From: Ylistrum balloti
Lineage: Eukaryota
Assembly: GCF_031769215.1 (NCBI RefSeq)
Contig: NW_026782060.1
Coordinates: 248,001 to 312,000, forward strand
Length of the DNA: 64,000 nt
Direction of reading: 5' to 3'
The translations under genes and the position numbers were made by a program. The first letter of the stretch is position 1, and the number at the start of each line of letters is the position of its first letter. Of the stretch, positions 37,901 to 51,939 are shown in pieces. A model generated the notes under the pieces. It saw only the letters and a list, made by a program, of their open reading frames with translations. It was not told where the DNA came from and searched no databases.

Positions 37901-40900
37901 GTGTATTGTTGTCTTTAAATGTCAGCTCAAAGTAAACAAAGATATCCTGCTATCTAGAATTAGATAAGCAGTCTTTAGTAAGTAAACATACACTTTCTGT
38001 GTCAAATTTCTTGTATATTAGAAAATACAATAGTTTGTATGTACATGTAGATGTGAAAGGTTTCATTTGACTTGTGCATTCGCGAGAAAGAGGAGCGAAA
38101 CGCAGTGCATTAATGTAGATAAACATTTTACAAGCATTGACCATGGAATAATGATGAATTGTTGTAAGGGGTAAACAGACAGTGTTATAGGTAAGGCGTT
38201 CTTAATAAAATACACACATAATGAAATGCTTTAACGAAAATGATTCATGCTCATATACGAGGAAGTAATGCGTCAGATAAGGGATATATCAATTTGTGAG
38301 ATTTCGTCAGATTTATCAATTTGTGAGATTTCATCAGATAAGGCGTACTTTAATTTGTGAGGTTTCTTTTGAATATGATAGATTGTATCTATAATTTCTT
38401 CGTAACATTCCTCACACGGACATAAACTTAAATATTTGTAACACTTAAAGAGTTTGAAGGACAATGTTTATAGTGACGTCATAGTTGATACTATAGGGGA
38501 TAACAATAGGTGTTTGTTAACTCCCATCCATCCTTCCATTACCTGGTGTTGTATTGGAGAACTCCCGAGTGTTTATACAGGTGATTAATTCTGATCATTT
38601 AATGGTAATTACCTTGTGGGTAAGGAAGTGTTTCTGGATTACAAAACAAACAAAAAAATCATAATTGATTGTCATTTGACATTAAATGCTGCTTCATTGC
38701 TTGTAAAATCGCAATACTCAATGGGATTGTGGTGGAACTTGTATATTTTTATGCAAATTAGTTTCATCTGTAATGACTGTCTGGTCTTTTTAGGACTATT
38801 TGGGGATGTCAGGGACCTAGTGAAGTGCCAGGAAAAAATGATAGCATGTAAATCTAAATCAGTATTACTGAATGTTCAAATACACAGGGGTAGGGATACA
38901 TATACAAAATAAAATACCTGATGGAATCGGAATGGAGAATAGGGCTGCGACTTCTATAGCATTGTCCTGTGTAAATAAGAAACAATGTTATTTTTTTATT
39001 TTATTTATTGTCATTCAAATATACAATATGTGTGGCCAATCTATACTGTAGTGAATCTAGATTCACAGCGCTATCGCCCAGTATTGGTGAGTATTTCCCC
39101 AAAATGTCTCATTTGTCTACGTATCCGTTAACACGCTTTGGTTTGTTATTGTGACTCAGTGAATAAATTGTAGTTCATATTTTGATCACCACACGGGGCA
39201 ATTTGTATTTGTCAAGAATCTGTAATTACAAACTATCTAGTGCTGGCATGGTAGTGTTCTTGGTGAAAACAGTAAACCCTTCTTGATGTGGTTAGCATGC
39301 CACTGGTTTCCCACAGGTCGTTTAACCAGATGGCCACAAACAACTGCATGGAAGCCTCGTTTCCAAATTGCCTGGCTGTTCACTGGACAATGTATAGCCA
39401 GCAAACACCAACCTCAATAGCAAGAAAACTTGCTTGCATAATACTTAGTGTTCACGATTTGGTTCTAATTGTTGGCTCAATTCATGATTGGATCGTGTGT
39501 CTGATTTCACCATCATTCATATTTGAGGTGTCATTATGTCATTCTTCTCATTTTTGACTATTTCTTTGTAACTGTTTTCTTTTTGTTCACGTTGCCTTTG
39601 GACTGTCTTGTATTGTGGTATGTACATTTTATCATTTTTGAACATATCGTTTCTATACCTTTATAGAATTGCTTTAATGTTATTGAATAAAAGTGCATTT
39701 AATAAAAGTATATGTTCTAAATCATTAGATTTTATAGAAATTATTGGAAAACTTCTGTGTTATGTAGACAGAATATTCAGTCTCGTGTTATTAAGACAGA
39801 ATATTTTGTGTAGAACTCTTTTACTTTATCTATTTATTTATTATAGAAGCTTATTTTATTTTTTTTTGTTACTTTTTATTTGTGGATTAAGAATTGCTAA
39901 CATTGCAAATAACAACATTGTGAGAAACAAAGTTTACGAAATAATGATTTTTGACTATAACTTGTTGTTGGGACTAAATAACAAAAGTAAGTACCAAACG
40001 TTACAGCTTTTTGTTTTAATTTTTTAAAGTATTGCATTCAAAATAAAATATGCGTGCATGTAATAAACAGCTTAAAGTCAGTGCATTATGGTGCTAGCCT
40101 ATTAAAATTATAAAATTTTGCATCACAGGTATATCAACTTTGAAGTAGCACTGATACATCTTCGTGTAAGTGTATTGTATAATTAAAATTTAATATTTTT
40201 CAAATTTATTGATCATATTCCAATATCGTTTTCTGTACACAAATAAATGATGTGTTTGATTGGATCAAGAAGACATGAGAGTCATGATTTACCACAAAAG
40301 TGTGTTGGAGAGTTTCGAGTGTGTTGAAACATTTAAATGTATGAGAGTTATAATAGTTATTTTGTGTGAAAGTAAATTATCTAAGAGATTTGAGCACGTT
40401 CTGGTACAAGGAGGTGTGTGCATCCCAAAACATGTAAAGATGTATGGAGTCTGGAAATGATTAGAAATCTAGGGAGGATTTTTAAATCACAGATGTAAAT
40501 ATATATTGTACAAAAGAATATAATATGTTATGCAGTGTAAATATTATGTACAAAAATGGGTATATAATGATCGTAAATTTAATAAAACATGATCTACAGT
40601 TGATGCGAGTTATGTTGGTTTTTTATGCTTGTTATATTAACCTTAATTTGTTGATAATTGTAAAATGCTCTGGGTCTTTTCGTTTGCGAATTTGACAAGG
40701 GTCACGTCACTCGCCACTTTTGTCTTTCTTCATCCTCGCCAAAATACAGCTTATATTTATTTGCTATTTATCCTGCAACCTTGATAGAAAATTAGACTAT
40801 TGAAACTTTTTGTCGTTGATCTGTGTTTACATGACAAAGACGTTACGTTTACTTTTGCCCGATGACGAACGCCAAAATAATTCCGCTGCGTGGAAACATA

Positions 40901-41374
40901 ATTCCAAACATCGGATGTAACAGCGAATTTATGAATTTTCATAAATCAACTAGCTCATCGCAACATGTAAAATCACTCATTTCAATAACTATTCATATTT
41001 CTAAATGTTATATTTAAGTTAATTCAGAGAGTAATTCTGTCGAATTACCGCACGTGCTAAACTACAGATGTTATCCGTCACTTCAAAAATACATGTGGCA
41101 GGTGTATTCCGACAATGTCACTGACAGTTGCAGGATAAAATATTATATTGAACTAGTCTTAAGTGCTACTACCATTCGAACTTATTGCGTGTCCATCAGC
41201 GTTTCACGGGACTTCGTCCTTGGTGGGACTGACTATGACTGCTTTCGGAGGGATATCACACGATTACAACGTTCATTATTTGATTTATTAAGAGAAATAT
41301 CACTTACTGCTGCCACATTCATTTGGGACAACACTATCTACCGGGAATATCGTTAGGCCGCTCAGAATTCCTAG

Positions 41375-41808
41375 CCTTGACAGACCGTGGTCTCTGCCAA
41401 AGTGATCGGATCTTTGGACCATTTAACAGGAGAAGAACGAACATGATTTTTTTTTATCGCATATCGATATAGGAAGGGCATCGTCCCTCCCGTCCCAGGA
41501 GGCAAAGACCCACCGTTAATACAAAACTGATTCCCTTTACCAAAGAATGTTTCATACTAAATTTGGGCAAAATTCAGTCACTTCTACGGGAGAAGAAGTT
41601 TTTTTTTAATTCCCCCATTTTGGCCCCGAGCTTCAAGGCTGAGATTTACCATTTATATGTTCGACCTCCCCAAGGATGCTTCTAACTAAAGTTGATCAAT
41701 ATCCACTCAGTCTTTCATAACTAGCCGAGGGATTAATAGAGGGAAAAATGACGGACGCTGCGGTATGCAATCAGCTTACTTGGCCCTTCCCGCGAGGTGA
41801 GCTAAAAA
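41375..41808 (-). mobile_element. HINE/Helentron-like non-autonomous element (3' boundary approximate)
   Basis: The minus-strand start tttttagctcacct..gggccaagtaagctg is the same terminal design as 29905. A hairpin agacc-gt-ggtct lies near 41385. Confidence 0.6.
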
Positions 41809-42176
41809 CGGTTGGAAAGTCGTTTACATTGTCATGTTGGTATTATCTTGTTGTTTTTAGGCATGCTCAAATGTAGCTACAAGAACTTTCAAATAGATAT
41901 ATTTCTTTTAAAGATACAAATGGCTCGTGTATGTACCTGCTTATTTACATTTCTAATCGACAGAGGTAAAAAGTCCAAGAATTACAACATTACATATATA
42001 TGCAACAATTACCAGCGCCGTCTGTCAATACACTCCTTAATACGAGTATATGGGCACCTGTGCATATCCCACTGGTATTGAAAAAATGACATGAGGACTA
42101 GGAAAACTTTAAATCTGTATTACAACTTTGTACAATATGGCTATGAATGTATGATATAATGGTGTCTGAACTGATT

Positions 42177-43682
<1,506 letters not shown>

Positions 43683-44341
43683 TTATATAATACACAACGA
43701 TACAGTGTTTGGGTGCCATGTTACTTTTTATACCACTTCTCCAAGTGATGTTACCATAATGAATTAATGATATCTCCAAATAATTTATTGATATCACCTA
43801 TTTATTGTGGCGATATCACCCAAAATGTCTGAATATAGTCACCACCATAATGAATAAATGCTATCACCGATTGATGAAATTACTGATATCCCTAATCGTT
43901 TTAGTGTGGTCACTTCCGCAGAATTAAGAAGTAAAACAGCACCCAATCACAGTGGTACAAATTTTTATAGCAATGTTTTGCTCGTGACAACCGTCGTGTC
44001 AGTCAAGCAATACCAATGGGAAACACTCGTATTTAATAAATAATTGTCGTTAATTTTCGGACATCGTACAAAATTTGTGATAATGTGTATTTGATCTCTT
44101 AGATGTATAAAACATTTACAGACGAATTCTGTAAAACTTTATATCGTGTCCTGTATCATCAATTGTAAGTGTGCTACTTTTCCGTATACTATATACTATT
44201 TATCAACTCGTAAAAGGGATTATAAATATTTCGCCTTAATAAAGGGACAAAAGCCGATACGATATCGCGTATTTCTAATCAAGGAAGTTATTCAAGAATC
44301 GATAAATGAGTTATGTAAATATCTCGAGCAAATAGCATTAC

Positions 44342-44600
44342 TACGGAAGCGTATTCCGGCCACGTTTTGTTTTATTTTATCTCGAAATTTCGAATTTTTA
44401 ATTGAAATTTTAGCAACGCGAGATTTTGATTCGAAATTAGCAACGCGAAACATGTATTACACACACTGAAATTTACTTAAAGTTTCGGATTAATAGCTCA
44501 AAATTTTGCATTACTAACTCGAAATTTCGGATTACTTACTCGAAATGATCGAAATTTCGAGTTAAAATAAAACACAAAGTGGCCGGAATACGCTTCCGTA
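44342..44600. mobile_element. MITE, 259 bp, with perfect 22-bp TIRs (about 50 bp imperfect) and a 6-bp TSD CATTAC
   Basis: tacggaagcgtattccggccac (44342-44363) and its exact reverse complement (44579-44600). CATTAC at 44336-44341 and 44601-44606. Internal tcgaaatttcg subrepeats. Confidence 0.85.
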
Positions 44601-45708
44601 CATTACCGAGTTGAATGTATTGGATTACACTTAAATAATTACATGTATTACACACACTGAATTTACTAAATTATGATCTCGGGTGAAATACGGAGTAGAT
44701 CATCCATGTCAACTATTTGTGTTTTAGATTACATGTACCAGGCGACACTCGACAGTCTGAGTTATTTTTATCAAGCTTGACAAAACCAGTAAGCCGTGAT
44801 ATTCTTTAGAATGTCAGATAGCACGTCTTCTCCATAAGCTTAAACAATGTCTGATATCGACAATACAGTATCGTGTAGTAGGCATGTGTTCAACTATAGA
44901 TATTGCTGAACTAACACTAAAACAGAATACAATCCTAAACAATTTGCTGGGCTACGTGTTAGTAAACACGAGAGTTTTTACCTGACACGCAGGAGTAGAA
45001 ACTAGGTCGTGCCTCAAGGATTGAAGTAAGGGAAATAACTCTCGGCAGAAGAAGAGACCACAGGGAAAAATTAGTATTGAAATACATCATGTATGCCAAC
45101 TCACTTCCACAGCTTTGTTGACGTAAACAGTAATTATAACCACTCGCTTTATAGCTACAAGACATAATAATTACTTACATACATTTTTCTCTAAAACAAA
45201 CCTTTAAATTTCGGTAATTGAGACATGACCAACCTTGCGACATCGGATTTTTTTAAAGACAGCTAAAAATACCAGTACATTGTATATCGTAATTTGTGAC
45301 TACAGTGCCGTTTCCCGTTTTCATGAATCTACATATGTGTGTATAAAGTTCTCATTCCAAGTTTCATAATTCTTGATAATTCCATAAGCTTTACTTATTT
45401 TGATACAATGTTTGATGCGCAACGTAGTAATCGCTTGTTGTATGATCCAAGTGAAACAAGGCGCTGGTAAAATACTAGTATCGGGACAGCTGTTAGACAA
45501 GTTGATCGATTGAACTTTAACCTTTTAGAAATTAACATCGATAACCCTTTTGACCCTAAACATGGGTGTCATTCGCACGACCAGAGACAATAATTGAAAC
45601 ACAACACTGCATGCAAATGTTATTTATTTCCATACATATAAAACAAGAATGTGGACTTTGGTTTTGTTACCAAGGCTCCGTCGATGACAACACATGTTTA
45701 ACACGATG

Positions 45709-48326
45709 TCAACACCTTCCATTGATAGCGTCGACAAGAGATCGTTGGATCTGTCGCAGTTGATACCATTCTTGTTCGTTCAGTCCGTGTATGTTCAATG
45801 TCATAGAGTGAAAATCTGAAACGGAGGTGAAAAACTTATGTGTCGGTATCAATCAGTCGCACATAAATGTTTACTTCCGAAAACAACAGTATTTTGGAGT
45901 AAATTGTTGACATACAGACTAATGCTATCCCCTACGGTTAGTCGTAACAATGCAATCTCTGCTGATTGCTTTCGTAGGACGTGCTGAAGTCTGAAATCAG
46001 ATCTTTTCTTTCTTCATAATTACTTTTTCTGATATCTCCATTTATACTACTTCGCATTTTAGACTTCACTTTCGTCAAGTATAGATCGTAAAAAATAATT
46101 ACGTTCACTTCATTTGAAGATTCTGACCGTGCAATCTAAAAAAAACGCACAGAACGAATCTCCGACGACCGTAGAAATCACTTACTTATCATCACCGTAA
46201 TTCAGGACAATTCACAATAATGACAACAAATTATTACTCATGCTACGCTACATTTATTCAAATCAACACTTACGGATGATGTTTTGTACCAACAGCAGGC
46301 GTATCTTGTCGATAGTTGGAACAGCCAGGTGACAGCATAGATGTATATGTCTCATCTTCCGGCACGTGGTCAATACCTATAGCAAGTCTCTGTCTATTGT
46401 TGGGTTTTGGTCCAGCTGAAGGGTTAGGTGTTCTGGGAAAATAAATTTCCTGTATAATTGTCCTGTTGTCGTTTCAAACACCGTGAGTAATTTTTCATAT
46501 AAATTTATTTCAAAGACTATCGCTTTAAAACAACTTTGTCTACATTACACAGAGGTGATACTTTCTATCATCATTGTGTTACCCCAAATTATGTAATACA
46601 TTTTGATTACGTTAAAATGATATTTCTTTCTTTTGTTTTAAATATATGTCTATTTCAGTACATACCTTTTATAATATCTCATCAAAATATTAAATATCTC
46701 AATGAAATATATTTCATTATTTGAATAAAACTAACTTGTCGCGTTTCTTAAAACTATATTTCTAACATACGAATAGCCCATTGTAACGAACAACAACTCT
46801 GGGTAGACACTGTTCATGTTTTGACCTGCTTATCTCGTTCTCAGTCGAAATCACGCTGGACGACTGGCAAGGCCGGATATATCTCTCGATGTTTTCCTTC
46901 AAGCTCGATATGATTGATCCTCTATAATTATTGTGTTTGTGCATGGTGTTTTCATGGTGATTCCTCGGATGCATATGAATGGACATAACATTACTTAATA
47001 TTATCTAAAAGCAAAGTCCGGTTGTGCTTTCCGGAACACTCAATCTAATTACCCCAAAACCTCTTTCGATTTACACGTACCCAGGCATTTGCAATTTTGT
47101 ATTACAGCCGTTTTACACCCTTGTTTCATTTTCATTCTTTTTTCTTTAAGTAATTGAACTGTGCACCGTCTTTCAAATAGCACATGTCGTCTCTAACAAA
47201 ATATATCTCTTTCTCCTCATTATCAGATGAAAATGTTTGAAATGTGTACTATCCATTGAACGCTTCATTCATACCCACCTAGAGTATTTGAATACGTCCG
47301 TCCGATGTGTCGTAGCAGAAGTGGAATCTGTCCTTGCATGTTATCATGCGTCGCAATCAACGCCCACGACACGACATACAATTCTTTGACTGGAACTCCC
47401 TTTACTAGCGGTGCGGTAGGGTCATAGCGTTGTCCCGTTACGTATATGTAGGCAATGACCACAGCATATGGACAATGTTCGGTAAAGTTTTTCCACACCT
47501 CAGACGGGATAACAATATGACTTACATTCCTCTCTATTGAAAGCGTTATTTTCTGTAATATATTGCCTAGATTTTCGGCAAATAAGTCCAAAATATCGGA
47601 ATTGATTGATCCGTAGTTCACGTAGATCTGCGTCAGACCGGAAAATTTGGACAACGTACTTACATACCGTGTGTGACGTATAGGCAAAACACTTGTGTGA
47701 AACAAATCGTCTGCAGATAACACTTTCAGCGTCTTCCCAGCGTATCCACGACCAAGCGATTCCAGTAAACGACATCCTTCGTGTAACGACAGCCTACAGG
47801 AAACGACACTGACGGTTTCCAGATACCGAAGTCGTCTGAACAATCTACATAAAGTCCCTATAACTTTATTTCGAGATATCCAGAAGTGCCAAGAATGTTC
47901 CATATCCATGTGATGCAACACAAACTTGGTAAGTCGTAATTTTGAGTCGTAAATCAGATGTTTTAGATAAGTTTCAGTTGCTAGCGCAATGACCTTGACC
48001 GATCTAAATGTTGGTTTTCCGAATGAAAGTTTAAGTGTCTTTAGGTGCTTGCCCATGGTACTGATGTACTGGCATTCACGCTTCGCCCTGTTTTCCGCCT
48101 TCAACCCCGTGAAATGTACCCGTCTGCGTCGCCATAAGGACGGCGTGTAAAACAGGTCCCTCCACCGTCTGCAGACACATGCCATGTGTAGTCTGGCCTC
48201 GTCATTAAGGTAGCCATATATTTGTATTACTAGAACGTCAGGTAGGTTTTTCCAGCTGTTAATAAAGACGTCGTCCTCTTCTAAATATTCGAGGCGGAGA
48301 TCATCTTGTTTACCTGGTGCCGCCAT
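45709..48326 (-). CDS. F-box protein with degenerate LRR-like C-terminus (FBXO39/FBXL-like). Exons 47279-48326, 46274-46432, 45709-45815; in-frame TAG at 46377-46379 (null allele, pseudogene or sequence error)
   Basis: F-box WKNLPDVLVIQIYGYLNDEARLHMACVCRRWRDLFYTPSLWRR. Phase-1 splices join TYSNTL-E-HLTLQLDQNPTIDRDLL*VLTTCRKMRHIHLCCHLAVPTIDKIRLLLVQNII-H-FHSMTLNIHGL...INGRC*. Confidence 0.8.
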
Positions 48327-48337
48327 TACAACCGAGT

Positions 48338-48368
48338 ATTATGACGTGTTACGCAATAACGTCATAAT
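48338..48368. promoter_or_regulatory. Near-perfect palindrome with two CRE half-sites and a central C/EBP-like site upstream of the F-box ATG
   Basis: attatgacgt-g-tta-cgcaa-taa-cgtcataat contains TGACGT, TTACGCAAT and ACGTCA. Confidence 0.4.
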
Positions 48369-51300
48369 TCACGGAATAAATGGCGCAAACTCATAGGATG
48401 TAAAACGCAACAAATTCTTAAAATAAATCATGAAGCAAAAAGGAACCCAATAGATATCACGAATAAGGTTATGGTTTTTCTGTATTAATGTGATTTTTAA
48501 GATGTACATTTTTCACGATTTATATTTCATCATCGAATAGATGGATATAACATTGCTGCAACATGTGCTGCATCTTTTTAACGTACGCATTGTAGTCATA
48601 TAACATCATAATTACAACGTCTTCGGGTTTTATATAAACCTCAGAGATATTTAACGGTGATTGTATAATATCTTACGTTAATCATCAGCAATAATTAATA
48701 ATTTCAAAGCGTCCAACTTGATTTAACACCGCCTGATTCATAATTTAAACATGAAGTTTAACATTAAAATAATTTTTATGTAAAACAAAAGGTTCCGTTT
48801 TTTTCTGTTTAAAATTTTTTTTTTCGATCTTTAGAGACATATTCTTTCTTTTATTGGTGCCTGTTGATCAACCCATGACCGTATAATAGCAAATCGTACT
48901 TCTGTAATTGAACCCAAAGCCTTCCTGATACGGGTGAACATTCGACTAAAGACACAAAGTTAGGCAGTGTCAAGGGAGGTATAGTATGTATAGTATAGAT
49001 AAATGTTTCGTGGAGTTTAGTTGTAGACCAATATTTCCAAACGATTAGATGCTGATCGAAGTACGCATGGGCTTAGATATATATAAATCCGTGATGTACG
49101 TTTCGTGAAAGTATCAGTTACAGATATAAATATACAATGTAGATATGCGTCCTTCAGGTTTGCAGACATGCGGTGTGACGGAGTTTTCTCGACATTGCTC
49201 GGGCTTAAAGTTAGCTTTGAATTTTGTATTATAGAATATGAGAAGTGATAGACGAATAACCTTTCTCTAATTGAATCTATAGCCGTTTTATTGAATTTCA
49301 ACATAAATTGACGAGACGTTTTAAAGTTGATCCAGTATCAATGTGTATATAAAATGACATTTCAAAGTTTGTCGAAAAGCAACGTGACACGCAGAATGAC
49401 CATGGATGTGGAATCACCAAGGCACGGGGTCCTGTTTGTATTCTTATTTTACAAAACCCGATTGAACAATGGTGGTAACGTTGCTTAAATCCCCGAGGTC
49501 CTGTTGATATTTTTGGGTATCCAGATGTACCAATTTAATTCTTTTTTACAAGTATTAAATAATAACCTTTTTCAAATTCAATATACAACGATTCATCGAA
49601 GTGAATGCACGTGGTATTTTTGAAAACCAGTGAAAATAGTGAAGCATTTTTTTTTACCATTTTAAAACTTAACTCCGAAGATGTCATAAACTCTTGTAAA
49701 AGTGGTGGTGTGTTAGTCACGATTAGATAAAATCCCTTTAACACCAGTACACGATTCAAAAGGTTTAGGTGAATGCCACTATAAAAATTGGCACCTTCAA
49801 CTACGTCTTGTTGGGTTCGAAAATTCTTTTGTCTTGGAAAATTAATCGTCAAAATATTACAATATAAGTTTAAACAGTATTCTTGTGGGTTACCACAAGC
49901 TGAAAGTCGTTATAATTTCAAAGAAGTACAGTAAATTTGGTAATTTCAGCAAGAATTCAATTTGGCTGTATTTTGGTCATTTATTAGAGTGAGAAATTAT
50001 ATACTCAATAACTACGTTACCGTCAGTAAATGAAGTGAATACAAGAAAGCACATATTACATGCTTGTAAACACAGATGACATTGATAAAGATTAGCTCAT
50101 ATTTATTGCTGAAGCTAATGTCATCCCTGTGAACAGGTGGCACCAGCAGGGAACACCGCCCCCAATACCCGACATACTAGTTCCGAAAAAATAACAAGTA
50201 TACAGTTTTGTAGTTTCGGATGAAATACACTTTGGTGTTTTTTCCAATATTCCTTGAAGTTATTTGGTTTACAGTGTAAGTAAAGCATTCATTAATCAAT
50301 AAACGATTGCCGAATTGCTGAATCTAAGTGTTCCTGTTGGTGAAAAATATTTACACAAAGCCAAATGAATGTGATTGCATGATTGGTTTATTAATAAACA
50401 TGAAATTTAACAACATTGTAGAAATCAAATAAATTAACAACATTTTACAAAATATGTATACATCTAAAAACAGTCAACAACGCCATGGTCACTACCTTGT
50501 CATCTCCTCCGATCTAGATGGTGCTATATCATTAAAGTAATTATAAGTAACCTGAAAAGGGGAGAGGACAGCCACTGAAGTGGAATGAGGCCTAGAACCT
50601 AGCATCTTTTCTTGTCAAAGGTTCATGGAGTGCATACTTACTGGGCTAGTAAAGAGGAGAACCTAGAGGAAAATTGGCAGCTTCAAAGGTCGGGAAAGGA
50701 CTGTAACCTAGACCAGGAGGAGAGCTTTCACAGAGCAAGATGAAAGCCAATGACCTAGAAGGGAGGAGGGCATTCACAGAGGTGGAAGGAGGGCATTTAG
50801 AGAGGTGGAAGGAGGGCATTCACAAAGATGTGAAAATGCTTAGGCAAGATATTCAGTAATGTGGGATCATACCTAAAGGAGGGGTAACTTTAAAGGGAGG
50901 ATCTTGTCTAAAATGGTATGAAAAGTGTGGGATGGGTGACTATACGTAAATGGAAAGGTGTGGAGGGGAGTTGGGTGGGGATGAGTGTGTTGCATGTTTA
51001 AAGTAGGACCTGAAGTCTACAGAAAACTGACATTTCTTAAGGCATTTACATAAATGAGGAAGACTTTATAATAATAAGTAGGTTTTTAGTCTTCCTAGTC
51101 TACAGAGAAGGACATCCCTTGTAGAGAACATGGCTAGAGGAGAAGTACATTTATAAAGGTTATGATAGATGGTCTGTTTACTTCAAACATATCTTTTTTT
51201 TAACTAGCTGTCTTTTACTTTTTTGACTGATATTGTTCTATATCAGACTGTGTTTTCATTTTCACATCTGATTCTTACTCATTTTCCATTTTGTCATTTT

Positions 51301-51939
51301 CCACTTCTTCTCTTTCACTCCAACTCATTTTCTATCTTACATCTTCCGTTCTCATATTCTCTCTATCTAGCATAATTGCTAATGTGTATTGCTGATTTAC
51401 CCATATTGTTCCACAAAGAATTAATTACACTTATTATCATCTTATATACATTTGATCATGATTCCATACATCCTGGATACTCAAGGGGTAACAATCACTT
51501 TTGCTCTGTCCATCCCTGGAACATTTCCTGGCAAAACTGAAGGAACATGCAAAGTAATCTGATTGGTCTAAAGTGGGTTTTAGAAGGAAAAAATTACCTA
51601 TCAAAGGTTAATAGCTTCTTTGAAGATTACAAATGGGTGACACCCAACTTCAAAGCTAGTACAGCCTACAATTGTACTGTCATGTGACTGTCATATTCGT
51701 TTGATGTACATCAAGAGATCAAACTTTTCTTCTTGTCTTATACACAAGGTGTTTCAAGTGAAAACTTCTATTTGTTCCTGGGGTACAGAGAACGATAGTG
51801 AGCAGTGCCCTTGATTGAGGATGGATTCTACACAGAGATGTATAATTTGACATATGTAGCACGGACAAAAGCCTGTTGAAGTCCAAAGGACATCACTGTA
51901 TTGAAAAGCTCAGAAGGATTATATCAACGTCTTAAGGAG

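Noticed and set aside
36244-40027. Short ORFs downstream of GOSR1 as a possible extra gene
   Set aside because: No recognisable domain and no consistent exon chain; composition fits UTR or intergenic DNA.
46377-46379. Programmed readthrough or recoding at the F-box TAG
   Set aside because: The codon is UAG rather than UGA, there is no CARYYA-type context, and no evident downstream structure.
46762-47025. AG/GT-bounded open segment as a possible F-box exon
   Set aside because: It is open only in phase 0, incompatible with the phase-1 donor of exon 1, and the peptide is not LRR-like.
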